From Felis catus (taxonomy: Eukaryota), in NCBI RefSeq assembly GCF_018350175.1, contig NC_058368.1:219110001-219174000 (forward strand): 64,000 nt of DNA, given 5' to 3'. Below are positions 50,096-62,625 of the stretch, piece by piece. Each line of letters starts with the position of its first letter. The stretch's first letter is position 1. Made by a program: the position numbers and the translations under genes. Under the pieces are notes generated by a model, which saw nothing but the letters and a program-made list of their open reading frames with translations, searched no databases and was not told the DNA's origin.

Positions 50096-50169
<74 letters not shown>

Positions 50170-50203
50170 TAGAAGGCTAGCTTCACTCTTTGTGTTCACT
50201 TTT

Positions 50204-50238
<35 letters not shown>
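49805..50238. repeat. TA/TG/CA microsatellite cluster interrupted by duplicated unique sequence
   Basis: Tracts at 49805-49917, 50097-50168 and 50204-50238. Confidence 0.95.
49918..50096 (+). repeat. Direct duplicate (179 bp) of 52218-52414
   Basis: Manual alignment: 3 substitutions and 4 deletions (4, 1, 11, 2 bp) relative to the downstream copy. Confidence 0.97.
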
Positions 50239-50239
<1 letters not shown>

Positions 50240-52217
50240 TTTTTTTCTCCCCTTTGAATCATTCCTGTAGGAGAGCCCATCATCAATTGTCCTGATTCTT
50301 AACTGTGTGTTGATTCTTCATGATTCTTCATGATTCTTCTTCAGAAGATCTCTTCATGTTCATGTTGAGGTTGTGTACATGGTTTGAAAGTTGATCAATA
50401 TTATTTAATCCTCTTTTAATTTTTAATTTTCTTTTTGAATTCTGTGTTGCCTGGAGATATTCAAGATTCTAGACAACAGATATGTGAAACAAATAAAAAT
50501 AATGAAAAGCATTCTAGGAAGGTACTGAATGCACTCTGTAGTTATAACGTATCATTGTTGAGATATTACCAAGAAAACAAGCCTTTATGATTCCAAGTCT
50601 ACCTTAGATAGGCAAGTAACCCTTCTTTTAGATTGTAATGTTTTTGTAAAATATTAGCATTAGTAGTGGTTATGTCCCTCTTGGCAAGCCTAAAACAAAA
50701 CAAAATAAAACTCCTGAAACTGTTTTGTATTCTACAGCTAATTGCCTAAAATTTAAACTAGTTTGTGATGTACTAAGGGCATTGGATATGAAAATATACT
50801 TAAACTAATAATGAGAAAAGGCATAACCAAAAGAATAAAGAAAAAAAAACTATGCAAAGGACATTGAGAAAATTGCTACTTCCTGTTTCTAGAAATTTCT
50901 TCTAATAGTCTTGGACAGATGCTGATTACTTTGTGCAGTAGGTTACTTGTTTTGAAGATCTTGCATCTGCATTCAATTTCTCACATTAAACAAGAAGGGT
51001 CAAGATTATGTCAGTCATAAACACTCTTAAAAGAAATTAATATAAGACTAATATATAAACAAAAATGTCAACTTCGTGATTTAAAATGACATATGCATCT
51101 CAAATGCTGAATTATGCCAGTTAGGTTCAAAGAACTCTGAATGTCAGGAGATTAAACCATAAATTAGGTTATTACTCAGTAGGCCTAGAGTGAGATATTT
51201 TAAGGGATTATTTTCCATGAAAATGTCGTAGTAGGGGAATAAATATTCATATTTTTCTATTTCATCATCTTTTCTTTTCTATTCTGTTTTAATTATATTT
51301 TTTCTCCACATAGACAAATTTTATTCTCAAGAGCACTATTTAGTGTTACAATCGTATACATAAATTATAAAATATTGACCCTGTTTTGTTTTCGTTTGGT
51401 TTGCTTTGTTTCTAGACCCCATGAACTCTACAAGTCTTCTGTTAGGAAATGAAGGCATGCTTATATTTATGTTATGATAAGTTACTAATTAACTTAAAAA
51501 TTTAACAATAAATTGTCTAATACCTATCATGTGGTAGGAGTTAAGGCTGAAGAACATAATTTCCGCCTCAATTGGTTTATAGAAAAATGGGAAATATGAT
51601 ATTTAATCTTAAATAGAAAAGAAAGAAAATAAGAAACATAAATAATGAAGAAACATTTCATTAAACTGAAGAAAGTCATCAGGCCCCAATTGCAGGGTCT
51701 CTCAAGTTACTAAAAACATCTACCCACCTATTTGTTGCATATTCTCATATGATTGCCTATGATATTATTCCATAGTTTCCTAATATGATTTCTTAAATCC
51801 AAGCTAAAACGTGTCTACTAGATAATAATCATACATCAGAACACCAATAAAAGCACTATGTTAAGCAGCAAGGCATGAATATGAAAAATAAGCTTTGTTT
51901 CTGATTTCATAAAATACCAGACAATGTGGACTAGTCAACTAAGGGATGAATCAAAATTAAAAACACCTTAGCATAAATTTACTGCAAATTAAAAACAAAT
52001 GGAGAAATAATAAGTGATAATTTTGAAAGATAGAAAGAGAAGTGATGAATAGAAATGATAAGTATATTTTTTAAAGGTCACGTGACTTGAAAATGGAAGA
52101 GATGAACATTGAATCATTCAGGTAGTTCCATTTAAAATGAAATATCAAAATATAATTTTACCAGTTCTGGCTATCATTATTTTGTTCCTTCTGATCTACA
52201 CTGTAACTTCTTCACTC

Positions 52218-52414
52218 TTTGTGTTCTCCAAAGAGTGCTAACTTCTGTGGTCTGTACATACCCTTACCCTCTGGCTTCTAGCCAATTCTCCAGCTCAGGG
52301 CATTGACAGAGGTTTCAAGAAAAAAAGGAGAATGATATTTAGATATTTATTTCCTCCAGTTCCCTTCTTGCAGGGGATGGATCTTCTCTTGGCCATTTTA
52401 GATTAATAGTTTAA
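52218..52414 (+). repeat. Probable source copy (197 bp) of the direct duplication; LTR33-like ERVL LTR sequence
   Basis: ctctggcttctagccaat...ggcattgacagagg...tatttatttcctccagttccc resembles LTR33. Confidence 0.85.
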
Positions 52415-52756
52415 CATTCAGATATGTGGGTCCCTCTATTGACCAAAGTGAATTACCAGGCAAATTGGAATGCTTCTCTATAATCAGTGCAATGCTGACT
52501 ATGTTCAGAACACAATAAATTGACTGGAGTGTTATTTATGACTCTTGTTAAATTCTACTCAATAGTAATCCACAATCATCCAATAAATATTACAGACATT
52601 ATTGCCAAAAACTCAGTTTCCGCTAAAGCAAAGGTTCATTCAGGTTTGTAAAGAATCTTTAACCAGCCGCACTGGGAGCCCCATATATGAGGAAGCATTG
52701 ACTTAGGCTTTAGGAACAGCTCCTAAAGTAGGGAGGTAAGCAGCCATGTTAAATTT

Positions 52757-53049
52757 ACCTTCATTAGTAACTAGCTTCTGAAAGCCAGTGCAATCCACCA
52801 GAAATATCCAAATTCTAGTCAACATGCTTCCTTGACTAAAGTTCAAAATCTCTATACACACCTGCTTCTAAAAGAGTACTAATTCCTGATCCCATGCTTC
52901 CCCCAACCTTAGCAGTTTGATTGGTTAGCAATGTAGTCCCATACATTAAAGCTCAGATTTTCTTTTGCAGATATTGAATGAGTCCTTTCCTTTCAACAAA
53001 GGTAAAGAATACAGTTTCTCGACTTAAAAAAATAGCAAAGACCAAATTT
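52757..53049 (-). repeat. Right arm of 293-bp inverted repeat
   Basis: Reverse complement of 49109-49401. Confidence 0.97.
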
Positions 53050-53769
53050 GGCTATTTTTTCCTTCTTTGTTTCACACTATCTTGTATGAAAAATATTGTC
53101 AACTCACCTCTTAGATTTAATGTGTAACAGTGACCAAATTTTCACTAACTCTTGACAATAGAGAGACACTGAAGAGATTTGTGTACCTTTTGCCCACAGA
53201 AGTTACAAAAATATACACCAAGGGGCAAACAAGGTGCATTGGGCCCACTCTGTTAGGTTTCTTTTTAGAATTACTCTCTAACCTTGTTTTCTATGCTTAA
53301 GTGTCTGGGATATGTGCACAAAATCAAAGTTGGCTATTTCTGCCTTCTGGCTTCTGTCAAGCAGTCACTCAACATAGCTTCTGTGTCTCAAACTGAAGTA
53401 ATTCCTCCTTCCCTTTGTGTTTCAGGTCTTGAGGTGGTAGTGAAGCCCAATTATTACTAGGTGCAGGATTCAATCCCTTGTAATTTCATTACGCACAATC
53501 CATACTCTTGTAAATAATGTTTTAAATAAAAGCTCAGCATATTAGGTGAATATAAGCTTTTCATTTGTTTTCCTAGAAGGGCCCTTTCGATAAGGTTCCC
53601 AATATTTGCAAGAGTGCTGACTTGGTAATATTATCAAGTACTGTTTTAGCTATAGATTACTGCAAAGTTTTCAGAAGGCATTTTTATTGTATGTATTAAA
53701 AATCCTCAAAAGTTATTACTTAGAATAGGCTAAACTGTAGTATAATAAGTTACTCTAAATTCATAGTCG

Positions 53770-54125
53770 TTTAAAGAACAAGAAATTGTTTCTCAAGTAA
53801 CAGTCCTGAACAAGTATGCAGGTCAGTGGAACACTTTTCTGCCGAATATGCATTAAGAAACTAAGGCCATAACAGATATTAAATTTAACCAATGTTTCCA
53901 AGGGCAACTTGCCAATCATCCAAGATGGAAAAAGAACATAGACTATCATACCAGGGGATTTTATTAGGAAGATCTGGAAGTGATGCCTATTGAATCTGCC
54001 TATCTTCGATTGGAGAAAAATTAACCACATGGCCATACCTAATTGCAAAGGAGGATGGAAAAATAATCTAGTTTTGTCCTCAATAAATGGGAGAACATAT
54101 GTCAGTTGGTAGCAAGCAGGCTTTC
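53770..54125 (-). mobile_element. Old MaLR LTR (MLT1J/K-type)
   Basis: aaccacatggccatacctaattgcaaaggaggatggaaaaataatctag. Confidence 0.6.
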
Positions 54126-55261
54126 CCAATTCAAGAAAGTTTCTGTAAAAATATTCGGGGCCACACAAATATGGGTATGCAAGGTTATATATCATGTTGT
54201 AATTTTTATAATAGGAAACTGGAGACAATTTATGATTGGTTAAATAAGTATAGCTCTTGTGTTAATAATTTATTATGAAGCCATTTAAAATTACAAGTTA
54301 AGATATTTAAAACTTGGCTTGCTGTTATATATTTGTACATTCTTATTTTTAAAATATTTGATATGTATATATTTTTAAAAGCTGCAAAGAAAAAGAAAAA
54401 ATATGAATTGTGATCTTTGTGTGTGAGTTTTTATATTTCTTTAAATTCTTCTGTGTTTCTAAATGATTCTACAATAATTATGTATAATTTTTATAATCAA
54501 AATAAAATGTATAAAATTATTTAGAGTAGTTATACAAGCATGTCATTTGAGCTACTTTAAATACAAATAGGAAGCAAATTACTTTTACAATGAAAAATAT
54601 ATTTTCCACATTGTCACTTGTTGGAAAAAGGGAACAGATTTTCCTCCCACATGTGAGAAGAAAATCACCTAGAGAAAGAGGCAAAACATGCGACACTTTA
54701 GTGCAAACCGAGACTTTTTCAGAATCATGTCAGGTTCTGAAAACAGAAGTTTATAACAGAAACTGTTTAGTAACATTAATCATAGCGTTTGGTACTGTCT
54801 TGCCCATAATGTCTAAACATTTATTTAAAGATCTTGTTAGGGTTATAAAAGTACCTGTATGCAGAGTTTTTATTAAATTTCATATTAAAATATCAAAATA
54901 TTTGTTTTTTTTAATGTTCAATTATTAGAGGATTTTAATGGTGTTGGTATGTCAATAGTTATATTGAAACTAGATCTCAAATAAAATATATCCATCTTGC
55001 TAATAAAAATATAGAGGAATCTTGAAAGTTGTGAATTTTTGTCTTTAATATGGCATATGTCCCTTTCAAACTGTAAGGGATGATAATTTTCTAAGCATGG
55101 ATGAAGTTCAGTTTTCACTTTTAGATTTTATAACAGAATTTCTTAAACAGCCAATTTAAATTGTTTTGGTTCCTCCTCAAAGTTTGAGAAATATTCAAAG
55201 TCAAAAGAAAAAGAACTAAGTAAATGTGTATGTCTATGTGTATATGTATATACATGAACAT

Positions 55262-55632
55262 TGTTAAAAAGCAAAATTCAACTGAGTAAATTTGAGGATC
55301 TTATTGGCTTTATTAAGTGGTTCATGAATTGGACACCATCCCCTCTGGCAAACAGAAACAATCTCCAATGAGCTGTACAGGATGGAAGGCTTTTATAGCC
55401 AGAAATGGGGAAAGAGTGGATTGTTCCAGGAAAGGTCACCTTTCCTTTAGGGAATGAAAGGGGTCTGTTGGACAGCTTACCTCAGTAGTGCTGACCAGGA
55501 AATTCCAGACTGACTAGTTAAGGTTAGATTCCTGGGAGGGGCTTAAAATGCAATTAGGTTAGGTGTTAAGTCTTGCTGATGTGGGGTTTTGCACAAGTGA
55601 CTCAATTGTGAACCTGTTGTTTCTTAAAAACA
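55262..55632 (-). mobile_element. Solo ERV1-type LTR (carnivore)
   Basis: tgtt...aaca termini, antisense polyA (tttatt) and TATA (ttttata) signals, gtgactc near the end. Confidence 0.6.
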
Positions 55633-55636
55633 AAAA

Positions 55637-55708
<72 letters not shown>

Positions 55709-55836
55709 ATATATACATATATATATACATATGTATATGTATATGTATATATACATATATATACATACACACACATATATATATACACACACACACACAC
55801 ACATATACATATATATGCATATTTGCATATATATAT
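55637..55836. repeat. Long compound TA/TG/CA microsatellite
   Basis: Direct reading. Confidence 0.95.
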
Positions 55837-55851
55837 TATGGCCATATTATA

Positions 55852-56030
55852 TGGCTCAGTCAGTTAAGCATCTGACTCTTGAGTTGGGTTCATGGGACTG
55901 AGCCCCACACCAGGTTTTGTGCTGACTGCACAGATCTTGCTTGGGATTCTCTCTCTCTCTCCACCCCACTCTGTCTCTCACTCTCTATTTCTCTCTCTGT
56001 CTCTCAAATAAACATTAAAAAAATAAAGGT
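55852..56030 (+). mobile_element. CAN-SINE with 5' truncation and internal deletion
   Basis: tggctcagtcagttaagcatctgactcttg...tgcttgggattctctctc...caaataaacattaaaaaaa. Confidence 0.9.
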
Positions 56031-56551
56031 AAAGAAAACTTATACATATGCATGCAAAGTAATAATGAATATGCTAGTAACTGAACATCATACCCTTCTG
56101 ATTGCCACCTATGTGTGGTGATATTGCCTGATGTATTAAGCATAATCTCATTTCTTTCTCAGTTAACTACAGCTACATGGTTCTATTACCTCAGAATGTC
56201 ATCATCACAAAATTATAAGGAAATTCACTGAAATAGCAGTCTCTCCCAACTTCCTCTTCATCTTCACCTTCCCCAAAAGAGGAGACTAAATAACACCTTT
56301 TTCCCCTATAAACACATTACTATGTATCACAAATACATAAGGATTTCACTATAATATCATTATCACACCAAAATATTTAAAATTATTAATTCATACCATG
56401 TAACTACAGTCTATGTTATTTTTCCAGAGTATCAAAAATATAGTTCTGCTGGGGTTTTTTTGTTGTTTTTGATTTTGATTGAAGATCCAAATATGGCCCA
56501 TTTTTAAACTTATTATAGCTTCTCCCTTAGTTTATCTTTTCATGCCGAATG

Positions 56552-57130
56552 TAGTTGACCTTTGAGCAACATGGGGATTAGGGGTGCCAATTCCTATGCA
56601 GTTGAAAATCTGTGTATAACTTTTGATCCCCCCCAAATTTAACTACCAATAGCCCACTAGTGACTATAAGCCTTACTAATAACACGAACAGTTGATTAAA
56701 ACATATTGTGTATGTTGTATATATTATATACTATATTCTTAAAGTATGCTAGAGAAAAGAAAATAATTTTTTCAAGTTTTTATTTGAATTCCAGTTAGTT
56801 AGCATACAGTGTAATATTAAGTTCAGGCATGCAATATAGTGATCCAACACTGCCATCCAATACCAGGGGCTCATCACAAGTGTACTCCTTAATCCCCATC
56901 ACCTGTTTCATCCATCACCCCACCCACCTCCATCCTGGTAACCATCAGTTTGTTATCTATAATTAAGAGTCTATTTATTGTTTTATTTCTCTCTGAGTGG
57001 AAAATATTCTTAAGAAAATCATAAGGAAGACAAAATAGATTTACAGTACTGTACTGCATTTATAAAAATAAAAATAGGCCTATAAGTAGACTTATATGGT
57101 CAAACTCATGCTGTTCAAGGGTCAACTGTA
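56552..57130. mobile_element. Tigger2/MER8-type non-autonomous DNA transposon
   Basis: TIRs tagttgacctttgagcaacatg / catgctgttcaagggtcaactg-ta. Confidence 0.85.
56767..56998 (-). mobile_element. Carnivore L1 3' end inserted into the Tigger element
   Basis: ttccagttagttagcatacagtgtaatatt...ggtaaccatcagtttgtt; short TSD-like gaaaata. Confidence 0.88.
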
Positions 57131-58346
57131 TTTATTTATTCATTATTTAAATGTAGCCCCTTGTACTATGTAGAATTTCCCACTTTCTCTATTCAGGTTG
57201 TTTCATTTTCATGGTATTATTTAGCATATTTCTATATGGCCTAAGTTTTCTGTGAATGGGAAGTACGATTTTGACACTTGATAAATTCTAGCGAGGTCAT
57301 TTTGAGTTATTCAGATAAGGGAAAATTGTTTAAATAATTGAGCTAAATAATTACCTTGCAGGAATAAGCTATAATAGAAATGGAAACTCGATGAATATTC
57401 TTTGAAAATTTTCAAATGGAATATGGGTTGATGGGAAGAGACATATTTATTTCTGATTTATTTAACCGCGGATTCAGTAATTGCCTGCACAAAGCACGAG
57501 TAAATGAATATAAATTAGGATGGCTTTCCCCTGTCCTACTCTTCTTCTCTAGGGACATACAACATGCAGATTATGTGTTGTTAAGAGTTGAAAACACAGA
57601 GACATTATTGTCTTTCAATAATCTTTTTATACACCAGGTTGCAGCATCTTCTTAAAAGATTTACATTGCTAATCTCTGCACTTCTCTTAAAATAAATACT
57701 TTTATAAATATCGTTGTCCCCTGCTAACTAAAGCAACACAGCCTTAGCTAGGCTGTGTCCTCATAGCAAAGCCAGCAGGATCCCTTTCCAGGTGACCCTG
57801 AACAATCTCTATTTTTAGGATCCCCGATAACCGCATTTCTACACAGAATTTCTTCAAAGGCGTGGGAAAAAGGGCTAAATAAAAGGTACATCCAGACTGA
57901 ATGTAGCCACACATGTTTTTAATCTAAGCCTATTGTATAATATTTTAAAGAACTATATGAGACTATGATGGACCAGAAATCGCTTACATAATACATTATG
58001 ATGAAGGTGTTTTTGTGTGTGTGTGTGTGTGTGTGTTGTTTTTGTTTTTGTTTGTTTTTGGTTTTGTTTTTTCTGATAAAGACAGCGGATTAATCCAACT
58101 TCGTACCTGAAAAATAAAATGCCAAGAAATAAAATAGTTATGTTAGCTTTGTATACAATATTGTTCAGAATCTCTGATTCCTGTTTGTACCACACATTTA
58201 TTAGGTTACAATTGAACATTCTATTAATCTCACTAAAACTTTTGGGTGAAATTCAATTTTCATTAAACTCTGATGATAGTTTTATAAATAAAATTGTTGT
58301 AGCTATTAATATATTGGTATATAAACATTAAAAAAGACCACAGTCT

Positions 58347-58518
58347 GGGGCGCCTGGGTGGCTCAGTCGGTTAAGCGGCCAACTTCGGCTCAGGTCATGA
58401 TCTCGCGGTCCGTGGGTTCGAGCCTGTTTCAGATTCTGTGTCTCCCTCTCTCTGACCCTCCCCTGTTCGTGCTCTGTCTCTCCTTGTCTCAAAAATAAAT
58501 AAAACGTTAAAAAAAAAA
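58347..58518 (+). mobile_element. Young SINEC_Fc with ~40-bp internal deletion
   Basis: CpG-rich head, ttcgagcc joined directly to tgtttcagattc; TSD cacagtc. Confidence 0.95.
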
Positions 58519-59109
58519 CACAGTCACCATGTATTCAATACACTCTGCATGCGGTCATAGATGAGCTATTTGCACGTAAGATTTTAGGTGAATTAAATGA
58601 CTTTAATGTTTTTTTCAAATTTCAAGATTCTATGAATATATTATTCCTGAAAAAATCTAAATTTATCTCCACAAATTTAGTTATGTATCACAAATTACCT
58701 GTAACTCCACAGATTACCTGTAACATGTAGTAAGTAATATGATTCTTTTATTATACTTAATAAAATATAGCATCATTAAGCATAACATTTTCCATCACAT
58801 TTTTTAATTAATGATTTAGCCTATCAGTTTAATTATATATGTTTGGTTGGAGAAGATAAGGATAATTTTAAAAACCAGTAACTCAAGTGTGACTGACTGC
58901 ATTATCATTTGGTAAAATTGAAAAGGGATGTATTTCACTATTTGCACTTTGTAAAGAACAACTGTTTATATTTCTGGGCAGTTTGTTTTTTGAGCCTCCT
59001 TTCCCTCATTTGGCTCTAAAGACAACTATGTATTCTTTTGGCAAACAGCCCAACTTCATTGTCACTGCAATTGAATGGTATTGACCTCCCTAATTCCCCC
59101 CAATTGAGG

Positions 59110-59500
59110 AGTGGATATGTCTGGTCCATTAGAGAACCAAACCTCTCTGAAGAGTGATTGGGAAAGGAAATACATGGCAGAAACAAATCCTGTTTCATTT
59201 CCTTCTTTCTGGACATATGAGAAAATATATTCTCCAGCATCTCCTTCACTCAGGTAGCTGGATGTTACTGAGTTCTTGGCAAGTCAATTCAGAGTGTATT
59301 TTTTGTGTGTGTGTTTTCTCTCTCTTCCCCTGCTATGGAGATTTTAAGGTCATGAGTTAAAGATGGCATGATGGAAGGGTGGGAAAGAGTCTTTTGACCT
59401 ACATCAGTCATGGCTTGAGCAACAAATAACGCTTCCTTACGTTAAGATACCATTACGGTATGTATTTATGACTGCAGCAAGTCCTAAACCTACTCTGACT
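59110..59500 (+). mobile_element. Old MaLR LTR (MLT1-type)
   Basis: atattctccagcatctccttcactcaggtagctggatgttactgagttcttggcaa...tatgactgcagca. Confidence 0.5.
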
Positions 59501-62021
59501 GACAGGGATGGGAATGCAACCCCAGGCCAGTGAGACTTAGTTTAAATCATTGGTGGAACTATTATAAGTGTAATCAGTCCGTTTCTTTGTGTTGCCAAAA
59601 AATAAAATGTAAAGTTAGATGTTGCTGGAGATCAACTTGTTTTGTGGGGAGATCCAGCTGAACTTAGGGTGGAAATAAAGAAGAAAGAGCATGATGTTAT
59701 TAGACCATCGGAATGTTCATCTATAGCCAGATTGGAATCTTTGAGTTACATAAGCTAATAAATGTTCCTTTTTTCTTAAGTCAATATGTGTTTTTGATCA
59801 TTTGCATTTTAAAGAGCTAAAATTGATAATGGCCATAGAACTTCCAGTATGTTTTCTACAAACTTACAAACTTACATATTTTGACCTTTGAAGATGAGGA
59901 GTCTCATTTAATTGATTTACTCTGTGACTATAGAAGTGACAATAAATAGAAAAGCTTCTCTTTTAAAATCTCCCTTATTTGATGTTCTACCAGAGAGCCA
60001 GCATCATTCTCATCCTGAAATGGTTCTGTGTTTTGCTTCTTGGTGCAACTTAATTAAAATTAACCTCCGGATAGTTTCTATTCACCATATTTTGTGTTAA
60101 AATATAAAAACTTACACATGCACACACATACACACACTTACATTATTACCACTTTTAAAGTATAATTTAAAAATTATAGTTAAATCCTGATTCCACAGAC
60201 AGTTATAACATCCAAGCTCATGTTGAACACACATTTGTTTGTTGAATCATATTTTTAGCTATGAAAGTATTTAATCCTATCACATACCTGCTGAGCTCTA
60301 GAAAATCTCTACTCCTTAAAAATCAATTTTACAAACTTAATTTTTCTTGTTTTTCCAATTTTATTAGGCTAAATCTTATAAGCTCTGTGTTAAAATTAAA
60401 CTACAAAAACTTCCTGAATCTTATTTTTATTGATTTTTCCAGACACAGCTTTAAAAACGGCTACTAGATAAACACTGCAGAAGAATTTTGTCCGGTGTAT
60501 GAAGACTCTGAGGATTATTTATTTATATAGGATTATCTATGTGAATTTGAATTATAAATGTCCCATTTTAATTTAGTGGACTGTATTTAAAACTTATTTT
60601 TTGTATGTGTTAAATCACAAATCAATTGGTGCCAATAATACAGCATATTTGTTCAAATTTTATTATTCTGGGTCCTCAACATCGGTTTACATATAGAGAT
60701 GTAAAATACTATCATAATGAATATTGAAATGTAAAATAAAACCAATATTCTTTAGAAAAATACATAATTTATTTTAAGGAGAACACTTAAAAATATAGGC
60801 TCATCTTTTACAATATAGCCTTATTATCAACTAACAGAGTTAGCCTTCTCTTTCCCTTGAATTATAAGTTTTTCAGACCTCCTATAATTTGTTTATTGAT
60901 TGATTTAATAATTATGTATAGCTACTGGATTTACTGTAAACTATTGATCCCACTCCTAAAGGTTGCCTGCAGACTGAACTCAACACTACTGAAATATTTC
61001 ACTAATATAAGTTAAGAGAATTGTTATTTTTTACCCTTATGTCTGAATACTGTCAGTTGAGTAATGTAAATAAGCCTGATTAGCTGTTTCAGGAAGCAGA
61101 GTCGTAAAGCAAACGAACTAAAATTCTAAGACCCTTTGTTTACATGGACTGATTACTTTCCAAAAATTGTGTCTGCTAAATTTTGTCCTTTCAATGCTGG
61201 TCAAGATGCCTGGTGCAATGCAACCATATAAAAGAGTTAAATTAGTTATTGCAAATAACCCAGAGACATCTGCTAATATTGTTAAATCAAACTCCATGTC
61301 TCCATTTAAGTCATTGAATAAATAAAGAAGTACTTATATGTAATGATGACATCTGAAAATGGTCCATTATTCAATAGTTTTTCAACTAAATAGAACACCT
61401 TCCAAACAAGAACATGATCTGGTGTACATCTGAGATACAAGGTTCTTAAAACACGCTCTGAAATTAGTTATCTGTAGTAAATACAGACTATGCCTTGATT
61501 ATAGGTAAGTCTACTTAAATAAGGTGAATTCATTGTGGCTTATGCAAACACAGGTTTCTTCATAGATTTCTTCATTGGAAGACCACACTGTTCTGGGCTT
61601 AGAGAAAGCCAAAGAACACTTAAAGAAAGCTAATTAATATCCAACAGCTACACCACATGGTGGAGTGGATCAGTGACAGAAATGGCAACAGTGGACTTTT
61701 AGACACCAGGCTTCCTATTACTTGCTTATGGAGAGTGTTATTTTCCTTTAGATTATATAAGATGGGGGTTACAAACACAAATGCTCAAGAAGGCAGATTT
61801 TTTTTTTTTACATTTTGAAGGGGGCAGCAAAATATCTAGTTATTAAAATATATGAGATTTCCCAATTGAAAATATTGCCTATATTAGCTTTAGAAACAAC
61901 AATTTGCAGTCTAAACAAAATACATTAAACAAGACGTTTCTACCACATGAGTGACCAGAGTGTGATTTAAGTGCCCAAGGGCCTTGAATAATACAGTGGA
62001 GATAAGAAGGAAGAAACAGCA

Positions 62022-62625
62022 TGTAAAAACCGTGCTCCTGGCAATCAAACATGTTTAGTACCCAAGGAAGACTTACGTTTCCCTCAGCTTGACTAACTTT
62101 TAGATGCTTCTACCTGACTCTAGACCCTGACCTCTTTTTTTCTTAGAATATTTACTCTAGAAAACTTATAAACTCTTTCTGTGCCCTGTTGAGATGAAGT
62201 TTCTTGCCAGTTTTACAAACCAGTAAAGCCCTTGTCAAGTTCCTGGGAGCCATCCCTTTGAACTGTAATCATCAAGGATAACAGCACTACCGTCTGCCTC
62301 TGTCAATAAGAAGGCAAGAGGCTAACTGTAATGGGCAGTAATGAGCAAATACAAATGACCGTGATCAAAAAGAAAAAAAAAAAAAAAACCCTTGCAAACT
62401 CAGGAAAAACTGAATGCACCTGGCACATCCTATACACCAATGCCACCCCCTGAGGTCCTCAGTACTTTTGTACTAACTTACTCCAGGGCTTAAGAACCCT
62501 CCCACCTTTCCTCTGAGTGGAATTGAGTTCAAAGGGAGTTCTGTCCCCTCTCCACTCTTCCAATAGCCATGAAGAAAGTCTTCCTTGACTGTTGAATTTC
62601 GTTCAGTGTAATTTTTGTTTTGACA
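62022..62625 (+). mobile_element. Solo ERV1 LTR (MER34-like)
   Basis: tg...tgaca ends; tcagcttgactaactttag, atatttactctagaaaactt, ggagccatccctttgaactgtaatcatcaagga. Confidence 0.7.

Noticed and set aside
49109..53049. Inverted repeats as TIRs of a 3.9-kb DNA transposon
   Set aside because: There is no transposase, no TSD, the outer ends are the most diverged part, and the interior is ordinary old genomic sequence.
53761..54228. 155-aa minus-strand ORF
   Set aside because: It overlaps an old MLT1 LTR, has no recognisable domain and no splice context.
55559..55901. Cluster of overlapping ORFs rich in Y/I/C/V/H/T (also at 898-1269, 34488-34833, 35750-36116, 49705-50286)
   Set aside because: These are translations of dinucleotide microsatellites that lack stop codons.
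57736..57758. Near-perfect 23-bp palindrome acacagccttagctaggctgtgt
   Set aside because: Too short for a miRNA or MITE and plausible by chance in 64 kb.
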